Assembly: GCA_047495785.1 (NCBI GenBank)
Contig: JBLDXI010000058.1
Location: 1-64,000 of the forward strand
From: Lepidodermella squamata
Taxonomy: Eukaryota > Animalia > Gastrotricha
DNA length: 64,000 bases
Direction of reading: 5' to 3'
Shown here: piece by piece, positions 39,812 to 51,959 of the stretch
How positions within the stretch are numbered: position 1 is the first letter of the stretch
Layout of the letters: every line of letters begins with the position of its first letter
The notes under the pieces: model-generated
Told to the model about the DNA's origin: nothing
Seen by the model: only the letters and a program-made list of their open reading frames with translations
The model's database searches: none
Made by a program: the position numbers and the translations under genes

Positions 39812-40609
39812 ATGGGAGGTAAGAAGAAGCATGGGAGCTTGGGAGGTAAGAAGAAGCAGTCAATTGCCACTGTTGTACGAAAGCTGGAAGTCAGCCAATC
39901 TGCCCGTCTGGCAGCAATCGAGCTCTCCGACGAGATGCCGGCCCCACAGAAACGAAACAGACAGGCTGATACTGCTGATAAAGAGGTCAACAAATTTCGG
40001 AAAGAAAAACGTCGGCAAAGGATCGGATATGCTGCTCAACGTCTGGTTAAGGAATTTTCCGCGAGGTTCGAAATTACTTACCAGCAAACATCCAAGATTA
40101 GCTCAGCAACGGAATCCTCGCCTCCTAAACGTCCCATTTGGGACCTTGGAAGTGATGGGGGTGTGAACGAGGCCTACAACGACATCCTCAGCTCTTCAAC
40201 TTCCGATTCAGAAGAATCCGACTTCTCTGAGTCTGATGACATTTTGGGATGTGTTTTCACGCCTGGGACCTCGACTGGTCCAATAGCTGGATCCTCGACT
40301 GGTCCAATGGCTAGAACCTCGGCTGGTCCAACGGCTGGGACATCGGCTGGTCCAACGGCTGGGACATCGACTGGTCCAATAGCTGGATCCTCGACTGGTC
40401 CAATGGCTAGAACCTCGGCTGGTCCAACGGCTGGGACATCGACTGGTCCAATGGCTGGGACATCGACTGGTCCAACGGCTGGAACCTCGACTGGTCCAAC
40501 GGCTGGAACCTCGACTGGTCCAACGGCAGGAACCTCGACTGGTCCAACGGCTGGGACTTCGGAAAGACCTGCGCGTGGAACTGGAAATGACCAAAGCGGT
40601 CGTTACTGA
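39812..40609 (+). CDS. Low-complexity ORF with an 8-aa tandem repeat, probably part of a decayed TE-borne gene extending to ~42065
   Basis: 265-aa ORF: basic N-terminus, acidic S/D/E tract, then 12 copies of (T/A)GP(T/M/I)A(G/R)(T/S)S. Confidence 0.4.
   Translation: MGGKKKHGSLGGKKKQSIATVVRKLEVSQSARLAAIELSDEMPAPQKRNRQADTADKEVNKFRKEKRRQRIGYAAQRLVKEFSARFEITYQQTSKISSATESSPPKRPIWDLGSDGGVNEAYNDILSSSTSDSEESDFSESDDILGCVFTPGTSTGPIAGSSTGPMARTSAGPTAGTSAGPTAGTSTGPIAGSSTGPMARTSAGPTAGTSTGPMAGTSTGPTAGTSTGPTAGTSTGPTAGTSTGPTAGTSERPARGTGNDQSGRY
40265..40560 (+). repeat. 24-bp coding minisatellite, ~12 units
   Basis: GGRACMTCGRCTGGTCCAAYRGCT-type units with a higher-order duplication of the first units. Confidence 0.95.
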
Positions 40610-42439
40610 AACAATGTTGTCAGGTGGCGTATATTTGCTGCAAAACGGAGGGAGTGTTAAAATTTTCTCAACCGATAAAGAAGAGTTCTATCACGTAACC
40701 AGCAACACGTGTGCAGTGGACAGCCTGATTAACGCCGTGTCCCATAGGGAAATGGAGCGTTTCTGTGGGTCCGAGCTGGTGGACTATCTGAGGAATCTAA
40801 AGGACGCGGCTTCTAGTGAAAACGGCGAGAGGATGGCTCAGTTAGCAAGAAGGCTCAGAAAGCTCCCAAGGCTCCCAAGGTTCCTAAAACCATAAAAGGT
40901 AAGTCACGCAAGGGCGCTTGGACCTTCGATGATTTGGCTTCGGACGGATCGGAAGCCTAAGAAATCAGCTTCGCCTTGGGTCTCAGCGTGCTCGACCAAT
41001 TGCCTGCCTCTGACTGTGCAAGTCATGATGTTGACCTAAGAAGCACCCGACCTTTTGAACTATCATTTGCTATGGGCATGGCCGCAATCCGCCAAAGTCT
41101 CTGCCCAGGTAAATGGGTTTCTTATTTGGAAGCCATCAGCAATAAAGCAGCGACACGCTTCGAACTCCGAGCTAGGCGAGGCATTTTGATCAAAGAGCTC
41201 TACTCTGATTTCGCTGTTCGACGTGAAGATGGGGGCAGAGTGTACAGCTTCGACGACATAAGGCCCAGTCAGTTGTGCTCAGCGATCTTTGCTATTGACC
41301 GATGTGGGCTTACTAGGAAAGTTGGCAACTGCCAAAATGAATTCTGCACCTCTCCGCCTGGGACAGAATTCATTACGAATCCGTTCCTCATCATCGAGTC
41401 GGATGGGTTTGCTTTATCAATTAATTTGTTCGGATCAATTTTGAATGCCAATTAATTCGTAGCTTCCCATCTACGCGGCAGCTAGAGGAAATGTTGAGCA
41501 ACCGATTCGGTCAGACTTCAACCGATTGTCAATACGTGGAATCTAGCGGGTAAAATCAACTAAAGATTGTTAAATTAACGGCCAGGTTAAAATGTTGGGG
41601 TTGAAATTTGTTCAGATCGCCATGCCAGGGCACGAGGCTGATCAGTGTTGGCACGAAGATGGCCGAGTTTCGCCCAGCCCCACCATCATCATCGCCATTG
41701 ATGGTCTTGTAGCCCTTAGCAAATGCCTGAATCTAACGCAATTATCATTCCAGAATCTGAGGTAAATTTTTGTTAAGAAACGTAAAACCTGTAATGTAGC
41801 AGTAATATCCAGCTATGAAGTCGTCGCCGCCGTGGCTAGGCAAAGTGGCACGTCAAACTACGGCCTCCTCACGCCTGGCTTTTTCCCGTTGGATTATACC
41901 CTTGTCACAGAGGGAAAGGCGAGACGGAATTACCTGCGGCCTGAATCACCGGCCTTGAAAAAATGGCTAGGCGTTTTTCTTATTCTTGGGCGTACGCCAG
42001 ACGAACAGGAACTAGGCTGTCCGGAACCGGAACTGAATTCAGGCGACTACATATTTGACCGCTAACTATTTTTTGCGGTTTTGAATTTTTAATCTTCGCT
42101 ATTGGGTGCGTTTCTTTATTCTAGTTTTTGTGCATTTTATCAAATAAAATCGAAATAAAACAGCCATTTCATTGATCTGATGAGTTTATAAAACCAGCTG
42201 GTTTTTCCATTTCTTAAGCAGTGAATTTTAGTTTGTAAAATCAAGAGAAAAATCTAAAAATCTAAAAAATCAAGTAAAGAAAGGCAAAGAATTTTAATTT
42301 CTCAAAATAAATTGCTACAGAAATGTCAAATTTTTAATTTCATTTTCCAACAGAAAATCGCCGGGAATAAAGAAACGTGCCCATTGGTTTTCGTTGGGAT
42401 ACACTAATAACTACAGGGTATCGCTGGGTCTACATCATT

Positions 42440-44037
42440 CCATCGAACTAATAATTTCTTTCCGCGAACCATTTTTACTTAAAACGTCGGAAATATACAA
42501 AAAGGGTGAAAAATAAATTAAACCATCGGAAAGTCATTTTACTGCATTATTACATCGGAACACGAGCTTATTTCATCGGAACACGAGCTTAGGCCGTCGG
42601 AATACGCGTGACCTGGTTTGAATAAGGATAGTTTGAATAAGAACATCAAGTTATGGTACAAAGTCCACAAGTTGCTCACCGTTGTTCAGCTCGCTTTATC
42701 ACGTACCGAGGTATTCCGACGGTTTCAGTCGTTTATAAAATATATTATGCAAATTTTTCCCAGTTTTTGATGATTTGGCAGTTGGCCAAGAACGAATTGA
42801 TGCTTAGCGATCAGGCTGCCTTGTACCTCGAGTTCATCGCCTACTTCGAGCCAATTTATGTTTTTGGTCCGCTGGCTTATTGGTTTGAAGGGGCATCTGA
42901 GTTTTGCTGCACGAATAATGGTAACGAATCTTTGAACGCAAGGACCAAAGATGAAAATACCCATCGAACCGTGCATGCACTGACCGCGTTTCTTTCACTA
43001 TCGGATAACATCATTAACAGTTGGGTTGTCAACAACGTTCCTTTTGCAACAACAGCAGCTATCTCCAAACGGCTTTTCAAGGAAGGTTACGAGTTGTTTT
43101 TATCCTTCGATAACTGTTTCGAAGAAGTTGAAGAAAATTCCTGGCTGGTTTTCAAATCCGGGTGGCAAGTCAATCAGGTTGTTGCTGTAGCTCGAACCTC
43201 TGGTATTTGGAACAGCATTGCAGAGTTCGACTGCTCTCTGGACTATTGCTCCCTGATCTCAGTTGAAGGCAACAAGGTCTCCTGTACCTGTAGGGTCGGG
43301 AGTAAGAAGGTTCCCTGCATTCACTTGGTGGCGCTGAAGCATAGCCGTAATCCGGAGTTTATACCTGACGATTTCCAGTCGATCCCGCTCGTATTGATCT
43401 GGCTCATCCAGTCGACAAAGCCGTTCATGGACGCGGTCGAGCTATTTTCAACTCAGCTACCGCAACTGTAGCTATGCCTGTTCGAGGCAGGGGCCGAGGC
43501 CGACCCCGTGGGCGTGGTCGCGGAGGAGTCCAAGCTCCACCTGTGATTGAAGTGGAACCACCTGCCATCATCCGTGGTCGAGGCCGTGGGCGTGGCCAAG
43601 CTCCTAGGGTTCAACCTGTGCTTGAATCAGAGCCGCTAGGAGTTATTCGTGGTCGAGGCCGTGGGCGTGGGCAAACGGCTAAGGTTCAGCCTGTGCTTGA
43701 GGCAGAGCCAGTACATGCGATTACTCGAAGCGCTGCCCGTGGACGCGGCCAAGCTGTTATCCTACAAGAAGAGCCAACTGCTAGCATTCGGGGTCGAGGC
43801 CGTGGGCGTGGCCGAGCTAGCCGTGGTCGTGGTTGACTTTTGTACTTCAATTGATACATTCTCGTGACTCATTCTATATTTCGTGATTTAACGATGTCTT
43901 AAACCATCGGAATAGTATTTAAATAGTAAATTAAGTTAAATACGAGTTTCCGATGAATATAGAATAAAAATTATATTTTGACGGTTCCGATGGTTTAAGT
44001 AAAAATGGTTCGCGGAAAGAAATTATTAGTTCGATGG
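42440..44037 (+). mobile_element. Internally deleted Mutator-like (MULE) DNA transposon
   Basis: Near-perfect ~50-bp TIRs (CCATCGAACTAATAATTTCTTTCCGCGAACCATTTTTACTTAAA); subterminal CATCGGAA repeats; encodes TNNGNESLN and a SWIM finger CTC..PCIH. Confidence 0.85.
42653..43836 (+). pseudogene. MULE transposase C-terminal half (TNN..ES, SWIM zinc finger) with a frameshifted GRGRGRG-repeat tail
   Basis: ORFs 42653-43471 and 43474-43836; the second frame is open upstream (PVDKAVHGRGRA), indicating a frameshift join. Confidence 0.75.
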
Positions 44038-45048
44038 TTTCATGTTACTTCGTATCGCTGGACATTTATCGATTGGTCGATCCTGCATTGCCGGCACAAG
44101 CTCACCTGAGGCCAAAGGTCATTTTATTGCATATTTTCACGAAAAATAGCCCAAATCGAATTTTGCGCAGGTTGGACACGCAAGAGGATTGCATATTCGC
44201 AATCGGCGCAAAATTCTACCCCAGTCCACCAGGTTTTATGACTGGCACAGTATCCTGCGACGTTAATTTAGTCCAGGGCGCGTATACTGTGACCCTTAAT
44301 TGCGTCAATCGTTAATTACTAGATGAAATCGATGCAGCGATCTTTGGAATACACCTGGATCATCTATTTAGGTTCTCATACTGCTGGCACAAGGGTGGCA
44401 CATGAGCGAAAATGAGCGGAACACAATCCTGCAAGATACGTCCTGCTAGCTTCAGCCGGGTCGATTGAATCGCGAACATTTGCGAACGAAAGACAAAAAG
44501 ACCAGACATTCGAAAATTTGGCAAATATCACTCAACAGTTATACTTTTTCGCTCATTTAAAGCACCATATTCTGATTTTTTGTTCCAAATAAATAATAAA
44601 CATTTCAAATGAAAAAATCTATAGGTAGGTATTTTCCAGCATTCGCAGTCTAAGAGCGAAGTTAGACAACACAGCTGGTACGGATAAAGATAATCGACCG
44701 AAGGGCCCCCTTTTGTGGACTGATTGAACTGGTAGGGATTTTCCCTGCCATCCCTAGCGGGACTTCTAAATTCTTTCTTCGCAGGCTAGCAGGGACGCAA
44801 GAAATGTTGAGTGAGAGAAGCGGAGTGTGACATGTGACATTTCAACATTGCTCACTAACCATTCTTATTGCTAAACGTTATTGAATCATAAATTCATAAT
44901 TTCGGATTCTACTTCGCGCACTGGCAATCTAGCATGCAATTCGTGCGGGCGTTTTGAAATTTAACGTGATTTTATTAAAAAATTAAAACATCCTCCCTAA
45001 AATTTTAGTTTCAGTTTTTTTAAATTTGAAGCGGATTTTTTGATGGTA

Positions 45049-46979
45049 CAGTGCTCCCTCGATATCTGCAACCCCGCTATCTGCCCACCCCCGTTAGTAG
45101 TCATCGATTTGTGGACCCTGCTAAATAAATTAGTTGTAAATTTTTAATTAAACAAAAAATTATTATTTGATAAATAAAAAAAATTAAATGTGAAAATTTA
45201 GCGTTCCTGGAAACCTAGCGGTGCGTTGTCGTGGGTTTGAGAGATCCGTTTCGGATCCAGTTATTTCAAGTTCAGTTAAAACGAGTTGAAAGATCATCAG
45301 TGCATTAAGCTGTTCTTGTGGTTCTGAAATGACTTTGATTATGCAACAGAGTGTGTGGATTAGCTGCCACTCAAGTCGCGCTGTGAGTCGTCTTGCTTTT
45401 TTAGTTAAACTTTTCCATCAGAAATTACAGACAAAATCAGCAATTCATTTCAATAACTATAAAAATGCGTCAATCTTCTATCTCCTTGATTTGCAGATTT
45501 TTCCTCAGGTGAATTGCTGATCATCTAAAAGACTTATCTGAATTGCCCTGAATTTTCATTTTTTAGCTTTTTCCCGGCCAGAAAATCTCTTGAAATTTAC
45601 CAGCATTATTAGCATGATCAAATCAGGATATAATTCTTGATTTTTTAAGGAAACTGAAACTTCAGTTTTTCCCAATTTTGTTCCCAGCTGTGTTGCGTAA
45701 TCATGAATAATCACGTCTATATTTTAAGATTCATTTTAATTTCGATACTTGGATTTCTTCTCATAAAATTAGACCGATTTCATTCGTTCCAGTTGTCCTG
45801 AGTTATTGGAATTATTAGCCGATTTTCGATTGTCAATAGGCCTGATCTAACATGAAACTGGCTGCCACTACTTTACGATTTACTTGCTCAACGCCCTGGC
45901 AATTTTCCCGGTTTATTCACAACTTATTATAATTTAAACTTTGACTTTGAAAATTGCAACATCCCGAGGAGGGGCGGCGGGAGCTTCTGCCCGATTTTTT
46001 CAATTGCTCTGATCTCATTAGGCCATTTGAATGGGAACCAGACCATGCCTGGGAAGATAATAATTCATTCATTCAATCGATTTTCCTATCGAATTGGTGT
46101 TTCCTCTTGACGGTCTTTTGACTTGAAATTACGAAGTTTGTGACCGCTCAATCCTATTAGTTCGATGAAATTCATAAAAGGCAGAAGCAGCTTCGTAAAA
46201 ATTATCAAAAATATTACAAATTATTTTTTGAAACTCTTCGATACCCGAAGCTTTGTCACGAAAAATTCCTAGTCGGAATTTAATTTAATTTTGAAACATA
46301 GAATTATTTTAACGTATATGGATGGCATTCTCTCGATTTAATGGGATCATCCATCGACAAGACTAGCAAGAAACTGGCTTCTACTAATTCACCGTTGATT
46401 TGTTCAATATCCTGGCGATTACGTGCAATATTTTAACCATTTTTATCATTTTAATTTGACTTTGAAATCGTAACAACCCGAGGAGGGGCGGCGGGAGCTT
46501 CTGGCCGATTTTCCGACTAGGCCGGCCTTCACTCCGCTGATTTGCCAGTCGATGATTACTATTCTATCGAGATCCTACGCCTCTGCATATAAAATACTGT
46601 CGTTATTTCTGTTGATAGCTGGTAGCCTAGATCTTGAAATTTAACTCTGAAGGTTTTTTTAAAATTTAAAAATTTAAAATAAGAACTCAGGTGTCCCGCT
46701 GTTGCCGAGAAAGTTGATATTTATCGTGAATGCCTTAGTGCTAAAAATCACGAGGAAACGTGAACAATTTTCGTGGATGCGATTTTCCGCTCAGAATAAA
46801 AAGATTCAAGAGGCTAAATAAAAAATCAAGACGCGTTGTCATGTTTACTGTTTGTTCAGCGCCATCTGGCTAGCAACTCGCTCAAACTTAATCCCTGACT
46901 CATGTACAGCCCCCGTTAGCTGTCTCCCTCGATAATTGCACGACCCTGGACCCGGCCCCCATGCAGATAGCGGGGGATG
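45049..46979. mobile_element. pogo/Tigger-like non-autonomous element
   Basis: TA|CAGTGCTCCCTCGATATCTGCA at left and TGCAGATAGCGGGGGATG|TA at right, CCCCGYTA subterminal repeats, and an internal diverged duplication (CCCGAGGAGGGGCGGCGGGAGCTTCTG at ~45963 and ~46477). Confidence 0.5.
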
Positions 46980-47031
46980 TATAGCGATATCATAGTAGAT
47001 AATACTTCAAAAATTAAGCCAGGAACCATAC

Positions 47032-47068
47032 ACCGACGCGTTTCGGCTTTTATTGCCATCTTCAGGGT
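47032..47068 (-). ncRNA. Minimal type I hammerhead ribozyme (antisense copy)
   Basis: Reverse complement of the 47200-47236 motif. Confidence 0.82.
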
Positions 47069-47199
47069 CTAACAAAGAAATTTACAACATCAATTAAGCT
47101 CATTTCTAATTTCTAATTCTAATTCTAATTCAATTAAGCTAATTACTGATTGTTGACATCTGAAATTAGCTTAATTGATGTTGTAAATTTCTTTGTTAG

Positions 47200-47236
47200 A
47201 CCCTGAAGATGGCAATAAAAGCCGAAACGCGTCGGT
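47200..47236 (+). ncRNA. Minimal type I hammerhead ribozyme
   Basis: ACC-CTGAAGA-TGGC-AATAAAA-GCC-GAAA-CGCG-TC-GGT: CUGANGA and GAAA cores, stem II, palindromic ACGCGT stem III region, UC cleavage site. Confidence 0.82.
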
Positions 47237-48023
47237 GTATGGTTCCTTGGCCTTAATTTTTGAAGTATTATCAGTTTTTTTACTAAGTTTCAAGTTTCTC
47301 AGTCAATCAGCGTTTTTCGTGCTATTCTTTTTCTGCGATTTCTTGAACTTCTATTTTTCCTGAAATTCTTTTCATGTCGAGGGTGAAGAACACGCCTGCA
47401 ACCTTGAAATCTCACTGAAATCCACTTGGACAAGGAGGAATGCTATGGGCAATGGAACTGCTGAATCGAACCTCTGACTCGCTAAGCCAAACTGCTGAAC
47501 CGCTGTACCACGTCCGGACAAGATGGCTGGACCGATGACAACGTATTGGGCGAAGATTTGATTGAGCGCAGCGGCAGCGTGAGAAAACAGGACTGCAAAG
47601 CAAAATACAATGGCGAATGTGTGAAAAATGAATCAAACGCCTGCACTAGAAACGCAGTTCCGCCCTATCGACTCAAGTCCCGCGTTGTTTGGTACCATTA
47701 TCTATGGGCTGGAAAATTCATAATACAGTGTAACCCCGATTCTCCGTCTTTTACGGTTCCAAGAAAATCCTGGCGGGAAATCCGAATTGACGGGAAATAA
47801 TTTCAGCCGTATTTTTAGAGTTCCGAGCGAATAATTGATGGTTTTAGAGCAATTTTCACGATAAACAGCCATTGAAAGTATACAGGGACACTTTCACGCT
47901 TTTATTGTCTGTCATTATTACCAAATCTATTACCAATTTGGTTATTCTGAACCGCTTTGCGCGTGGCTTAAAGCACAATTTTTCGGAGTTTCTCATCCAG
48001 TTTCTGTGTCTGGAACATAAATA

Positions 48024-48784
48024 CCGTAACGAGTGGTAACTTTGGACGAAACGTGTTTTTCGAACATTAAAAATCAGCCTTTGCCCCTAAATTTCTGAAA
48101 TTTTTACCAAAGGTGGGGACGGTGATTCTTGAATTTACTGCAAATTGTAGAAGTTTTTAGAATTTTACCTGACCTTTGGCTAATTAATATGTGTTCCGGT
48201 AACTTTGGACAATTAGAGGGTAGTTTTGGACACTCATTTGCATATGCAATTTAATTGCAATTTCAATGTGAATCATCTGTTATTCATGGTTTTTCGTGGG
48301 TCAGATATCGAAAAAAATTATGAACAGATGGCGCATCATCTGTTTCTCGGAAGTTCAATAAAATTACGTTTCTGCGCAGCAGCATACTTAACCCGTCCAA
48401 AAGTGTCCAAAATTACCCCAATTTTCACCTGTTTTTCAGGTAAATGTCCTGCTAAAACGCTTCGACGGATTGTCATTTTTTCTTCGATTATAGGGAGAGT
48501 AAATATAAGAGAATGCTCATGCCAATTTTTATTGAAAACTGTTCGATTTTTAGAAAGATAGAAGGGGGGTCCCAAAACGGCACCCAAAGTCTAACTGCTT
48601 GCAACTTTTTCTGAGATCCGATTTCAGCTCCAATCGTCTTGATTTTTATGTCAAACGAAAGCTGAAGAGACGGAGAATTTTATGTGAAACCCCCATTATT
48701 TAAACGTTCAAGCCTGAAAAGCTAAACACCTGCAAAGCCGAAAGTGTCCAAAGTTACCGTGTCCACAATCACCACACGTTACGG
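48024..48784. mobile_element. Tc1-mariner/pogo-type MITE, 761 bp
   Basis: TA|CCGTAACGAGTGGTAACTTTGGAC ... GTCCACAATCACCACACGTTACGG|TA, with internal GGTAACTTTGGAC repeats in both orientations. Confidence 0.85.
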
Positions 48785-49120
48785 TAATGAGCGAATGTTT
48801 GAGATCCATTCGCTTCAACTCATCAACTCATCATTCAAGCAGGGATTTCAATTATTTTGATGATTTCCAAAAATGGATTTTCTTTGCGATTCTGGAATAG
48901 AAATGCGGGCTTTTCTCGTGATTGCAAGGTGTTGACCTTGTAGTAAACATTATCAATCTAGCTTTGCTCTACCGAAATAATCGGACGATAGGGCCTTCGA
49001 CGGTCGCAGCACAGTATTTCAATTGTTTTTCTCGCTCCGCTCGAAAAAATTCAAGTTCGTTAGCACACTGCCTTCTCGCTACGGCTGTACCTAATTATCT
49101 TGGCTGTTGCGCAACAATGC

Positions 49121-49615
49121 CCAGCCAATAGGAGCGCGCACGCGGAGGAAACACCGGCGGATGGGGGAATGTGCACTTCTCGGAAAAATCACATAATAAG
49201 CCTCGGCTTCGCCTCGTCTTATTATGCGAGTTTTTCCTCGAAACTGGCCTCCTCTAGGTCTCTCTCTATACATAATATCATGCTGAACCATGGTGGCGCG
49301 ATTTTATTTTGCTTGGAAATATTGTTGAGCGCCTTATCGATTGTCATCATTATTTCTCGCATATCTTCTTGATTTGCAACTTTTTGAAACTTGGTACTAA
49401 GTGAAAAATGTACTCTCGATGCGGGCGCTTCACATAGTTCACATGCTGATGGACTTTCTAGCTGACTTGTGGCTTTCTTGTGATTTTGCAGCGCGCGCGT
49501 AGAAAGCTGCAATTATTTGTTGCGCAATAAATGCGCGCGACGTGCGGTTACGCGTAAATTTAACCAACCAATAGGAATGCGCGCGTGGAGGAAACACCGG
49601 CGGATGGAGAAATGC
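49121..49615 (+). repeat. Diverged ~52-bp direct repeat pair containing a CCAAT box
   Basis: CCARCCAATAGGA..GCGC..GGAGGAAACACCGGCGGATGG at 49121 and 49564. Confidence 0.75.
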
Positions 49616-49939
49616 TTGAGACTGAAATGTGCTAATAGATCAGGTCGAGAGGAATTTTAGCTAAATAGCATAGCATTATCTTTATTTCATTATTCTTTAT
49701 TTCATTTCCTTCGTATTATTAGCCAACAATATTCAACAAATATTAACAAATTTTATAGTAAAAAAGATGAGAAGGAAAAATGACAAAACAAAAAATCACT
49801 CCGATGTACCCAGTTCGCCGGACGATAATTAAATTCACGCCAAGCGCGCCTAGAGGGTCGGAGGAGGACCGGTAGCAAGCTACCTATCCTGATCACCCAC
49901 CTCAAAAAAGTGTTCTAATCCGATATCACAATTTCCCCA

Positions 49940-50200
49940 AAATAACTCTGAATTTTGTTGTCAAGTAGTTCTATCCTGGGCCAGGGCATCGGCCTCCTCA
50001 ACATTTGTAATCCCTAATTTGTTCAGATGTTTTTGATGCAATCAATCCACCTCATTTTTTGATCGCCCTTGAGGCCCCTTTTGTCCTTGAGACTAATACT
50101 CTAGACTAATAGAGTATTAGTCTCAAGCTTTTGTCGCCAAGTATCATCTGCCGGCTGCCAGTACCGCATCTGGCTTGCCTTATGGGGTCCATGCGAGCGA
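49940..50200 (-). mobile_element. RTE-like LINE extreme C-terminal fragment
   Basis: Minus strand KHLNKLGITNVEEADALAQDR, preceded by a degenerate G.RK.GR motif. Confidence 0.55.
50086..50127. mobile_element. 42-bp palindromic micro-element with an 8-bp target-site duplication
   Basis: CTTTTGTC|CTTGAGACTAATACTCTA-GACTAA-TAGAGTATTAGTCTCAAG|CTTTTGTC. Confidence 0.85.
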
Positions 50201-50332
50201 CGTGCCCGCACCTGCGAAGTTGACCGCTAGCAATTTTGAATGCAAATTGTTCCGAGCCACACATATTTCGTCGCCTCGCCTCCTAAGAGGAAGTAAGAGG
50301 AAGGAAGCAATTCATCCTTTGAACCAATACAT

Positions 50333-51550
50333 CATGGAGTGCCGCAGGGATCCGTTCTCGGCCCGTTGATGTTCACTGTTTACGTAAACGAGCTACCGTC
50401 CGTTGTTAGGCATTGCAAAATAAAAAATACGCCGACGACATCACGATCTACTTTGCAAGCCGTAATATCAATGAATTACGCTCCGTCCTACAAAATGAAA
50501 TGAACCGGGTCTGCAAGTGGTTGGCAAACAATTCTCTACTTGTCAATGGTAAGAAGTCTCAATTTATATACTCAAGTGCGCCGTTCCTTCGGCTCCAAAC
50601 TTCGCTGTCACTATCGGCGATGCGGTTGTCCAACCGTCAAATGAAATGATAACTCTCGGATTTATCATCGACGACAAACTCGATCTGCGAATTTGATTTG
50701 TGTCTAAGGTATTGTTATAAAAAATATTGACATGAAGACGCTGGAACATCTGAAGGCTCTCACGGAGGAGATGAAGAAGATGAACGACCCGGAGATTAAC
50801 CGGTTTCTGGAGAGGAATGGCATATCGCTTGGAAATGTCCATTCGATCCTTGAAGAACTGATGATGTGTCTGTTTGAAGAGATGGCAGATAAAGCGGAGA
50901 AGAAAGAAGAAGAAAGGAGGAAGCACATTATAGACAAGTTTCTATTGGAAGACTGTATCGACGTATCCGGTCTATCAACTTTCGCAGATCAAGAAGCAAC
51001 GCTGAAGCAAATCCTGCCGAAAGCGACCTGGAAAGTTAAAAAAAACCATCAATGTCAACGCCAAAAGAATCCGCTTCTTAGAAGATGGAAAAAGAAACGT
51101 CAAAACAGCCTTGGAACTGGCGAGAACGAGCGCGGTGCACTCAGTTTAGGCTACCGCGGGCCTGATTGGTGGAACCAGCTTCCGACGGCAGCACATCAAG
51201 CAGAATCAGCGCATGAATTTCGTGAAGCTGTTTATCAGTAGGTACTGTTATTCCAATAATGCCGGCAAATTGAAATTGAATAAAAATTAACCTTGATTTT
51301 GTCTTGTATGTATCTTATATTTTTATAAAGCTATCCAGCTTGTCAAGAACTGTTGTTGCCTAAAAATTGTTTTCACATCACTACTACACTATCTGCACTC
51401 GTAAAAATCAATTTTTGTTATCATTTGCCAATGTCCTATTCATCTGTAAACTGTCGTGCAATTACATGTTCACTTTCAAATTACCTCTTGTCAAGCTGCC
51501 CTCTTCAGGGCGTTAAAGCTTATAAATAAATAAATAAATAAATAAATAAA
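50333..51550 (+). mobile_element. CR1/L2-clade LINE 3' part with (TAAA)n tail, interrupted by unrelated sequence at ~50700-51110
   Basis: GVPQGSVLGPLMF..YADD..WLANNSLLVNGKKS; C-terminal WWNQLP..EFREAV; (TAAA)n at 51522-51550. Confidence 0.85.
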
Positions 51551-51959
51551 CTGCAGAACACTGAGATGAGAAAAGAAACATGACAAGTGACAAGAATCAC
51601 ATGGGAGCAGGAAGATCACATGGGAAAACATCAAACATCATTCATCACTAAAATTGAGTAGGCGACAGGCGTGGTAGTGGCCCGTCGGCCACCTGCCTGT
51701 CGGTCGATACCCATGCCACCTTGACCAGTCCGTCCTCCTGTTGCTCCTTCACGTAGGCCACAATCCCTCGTACCCTTGAGGTACCTCAGGACCCGCCTAG
51801 CAGCGGTCAGATGCCGAGACAGACGCGAGACGGCACATGAGATGTCCGGTCGCGTACCGATGGCGGCGTAATTCAGGCTGCCAACCACGCTCTGGTAGAG
51901 CAGTGGATCGACAGGTCGGCTAGGACCGACGTCGGTGAGTCGGACGTTGGCGTCGTACA

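Larger units (their letters stand above)
46998..47272. mobile_element. Penelope-like-element terminal palindrome (~110-bp arms)
   Basis: Near-perfect inverted arms 46998-47107 and 47162-47272 around a (TTCTAA)n spacer; each arm carries a hammerhead core. Confidence 0.8.

Noticed and set aside
40265-40560. Regularly spaced repeats resembling a CRISPR array
   Set aside because: Contiguous 24-bp tandem units without unique spacers, in frame within an ORF, in a eukaryotic context with no cas genes.
50732-51241. 169-aa ORF as a host gene
   Set aside because: It is a chimera of an inserted fragment and the C-terminus of the surrounding CR1/L2 LINE (WWNQLP..EFREAV).
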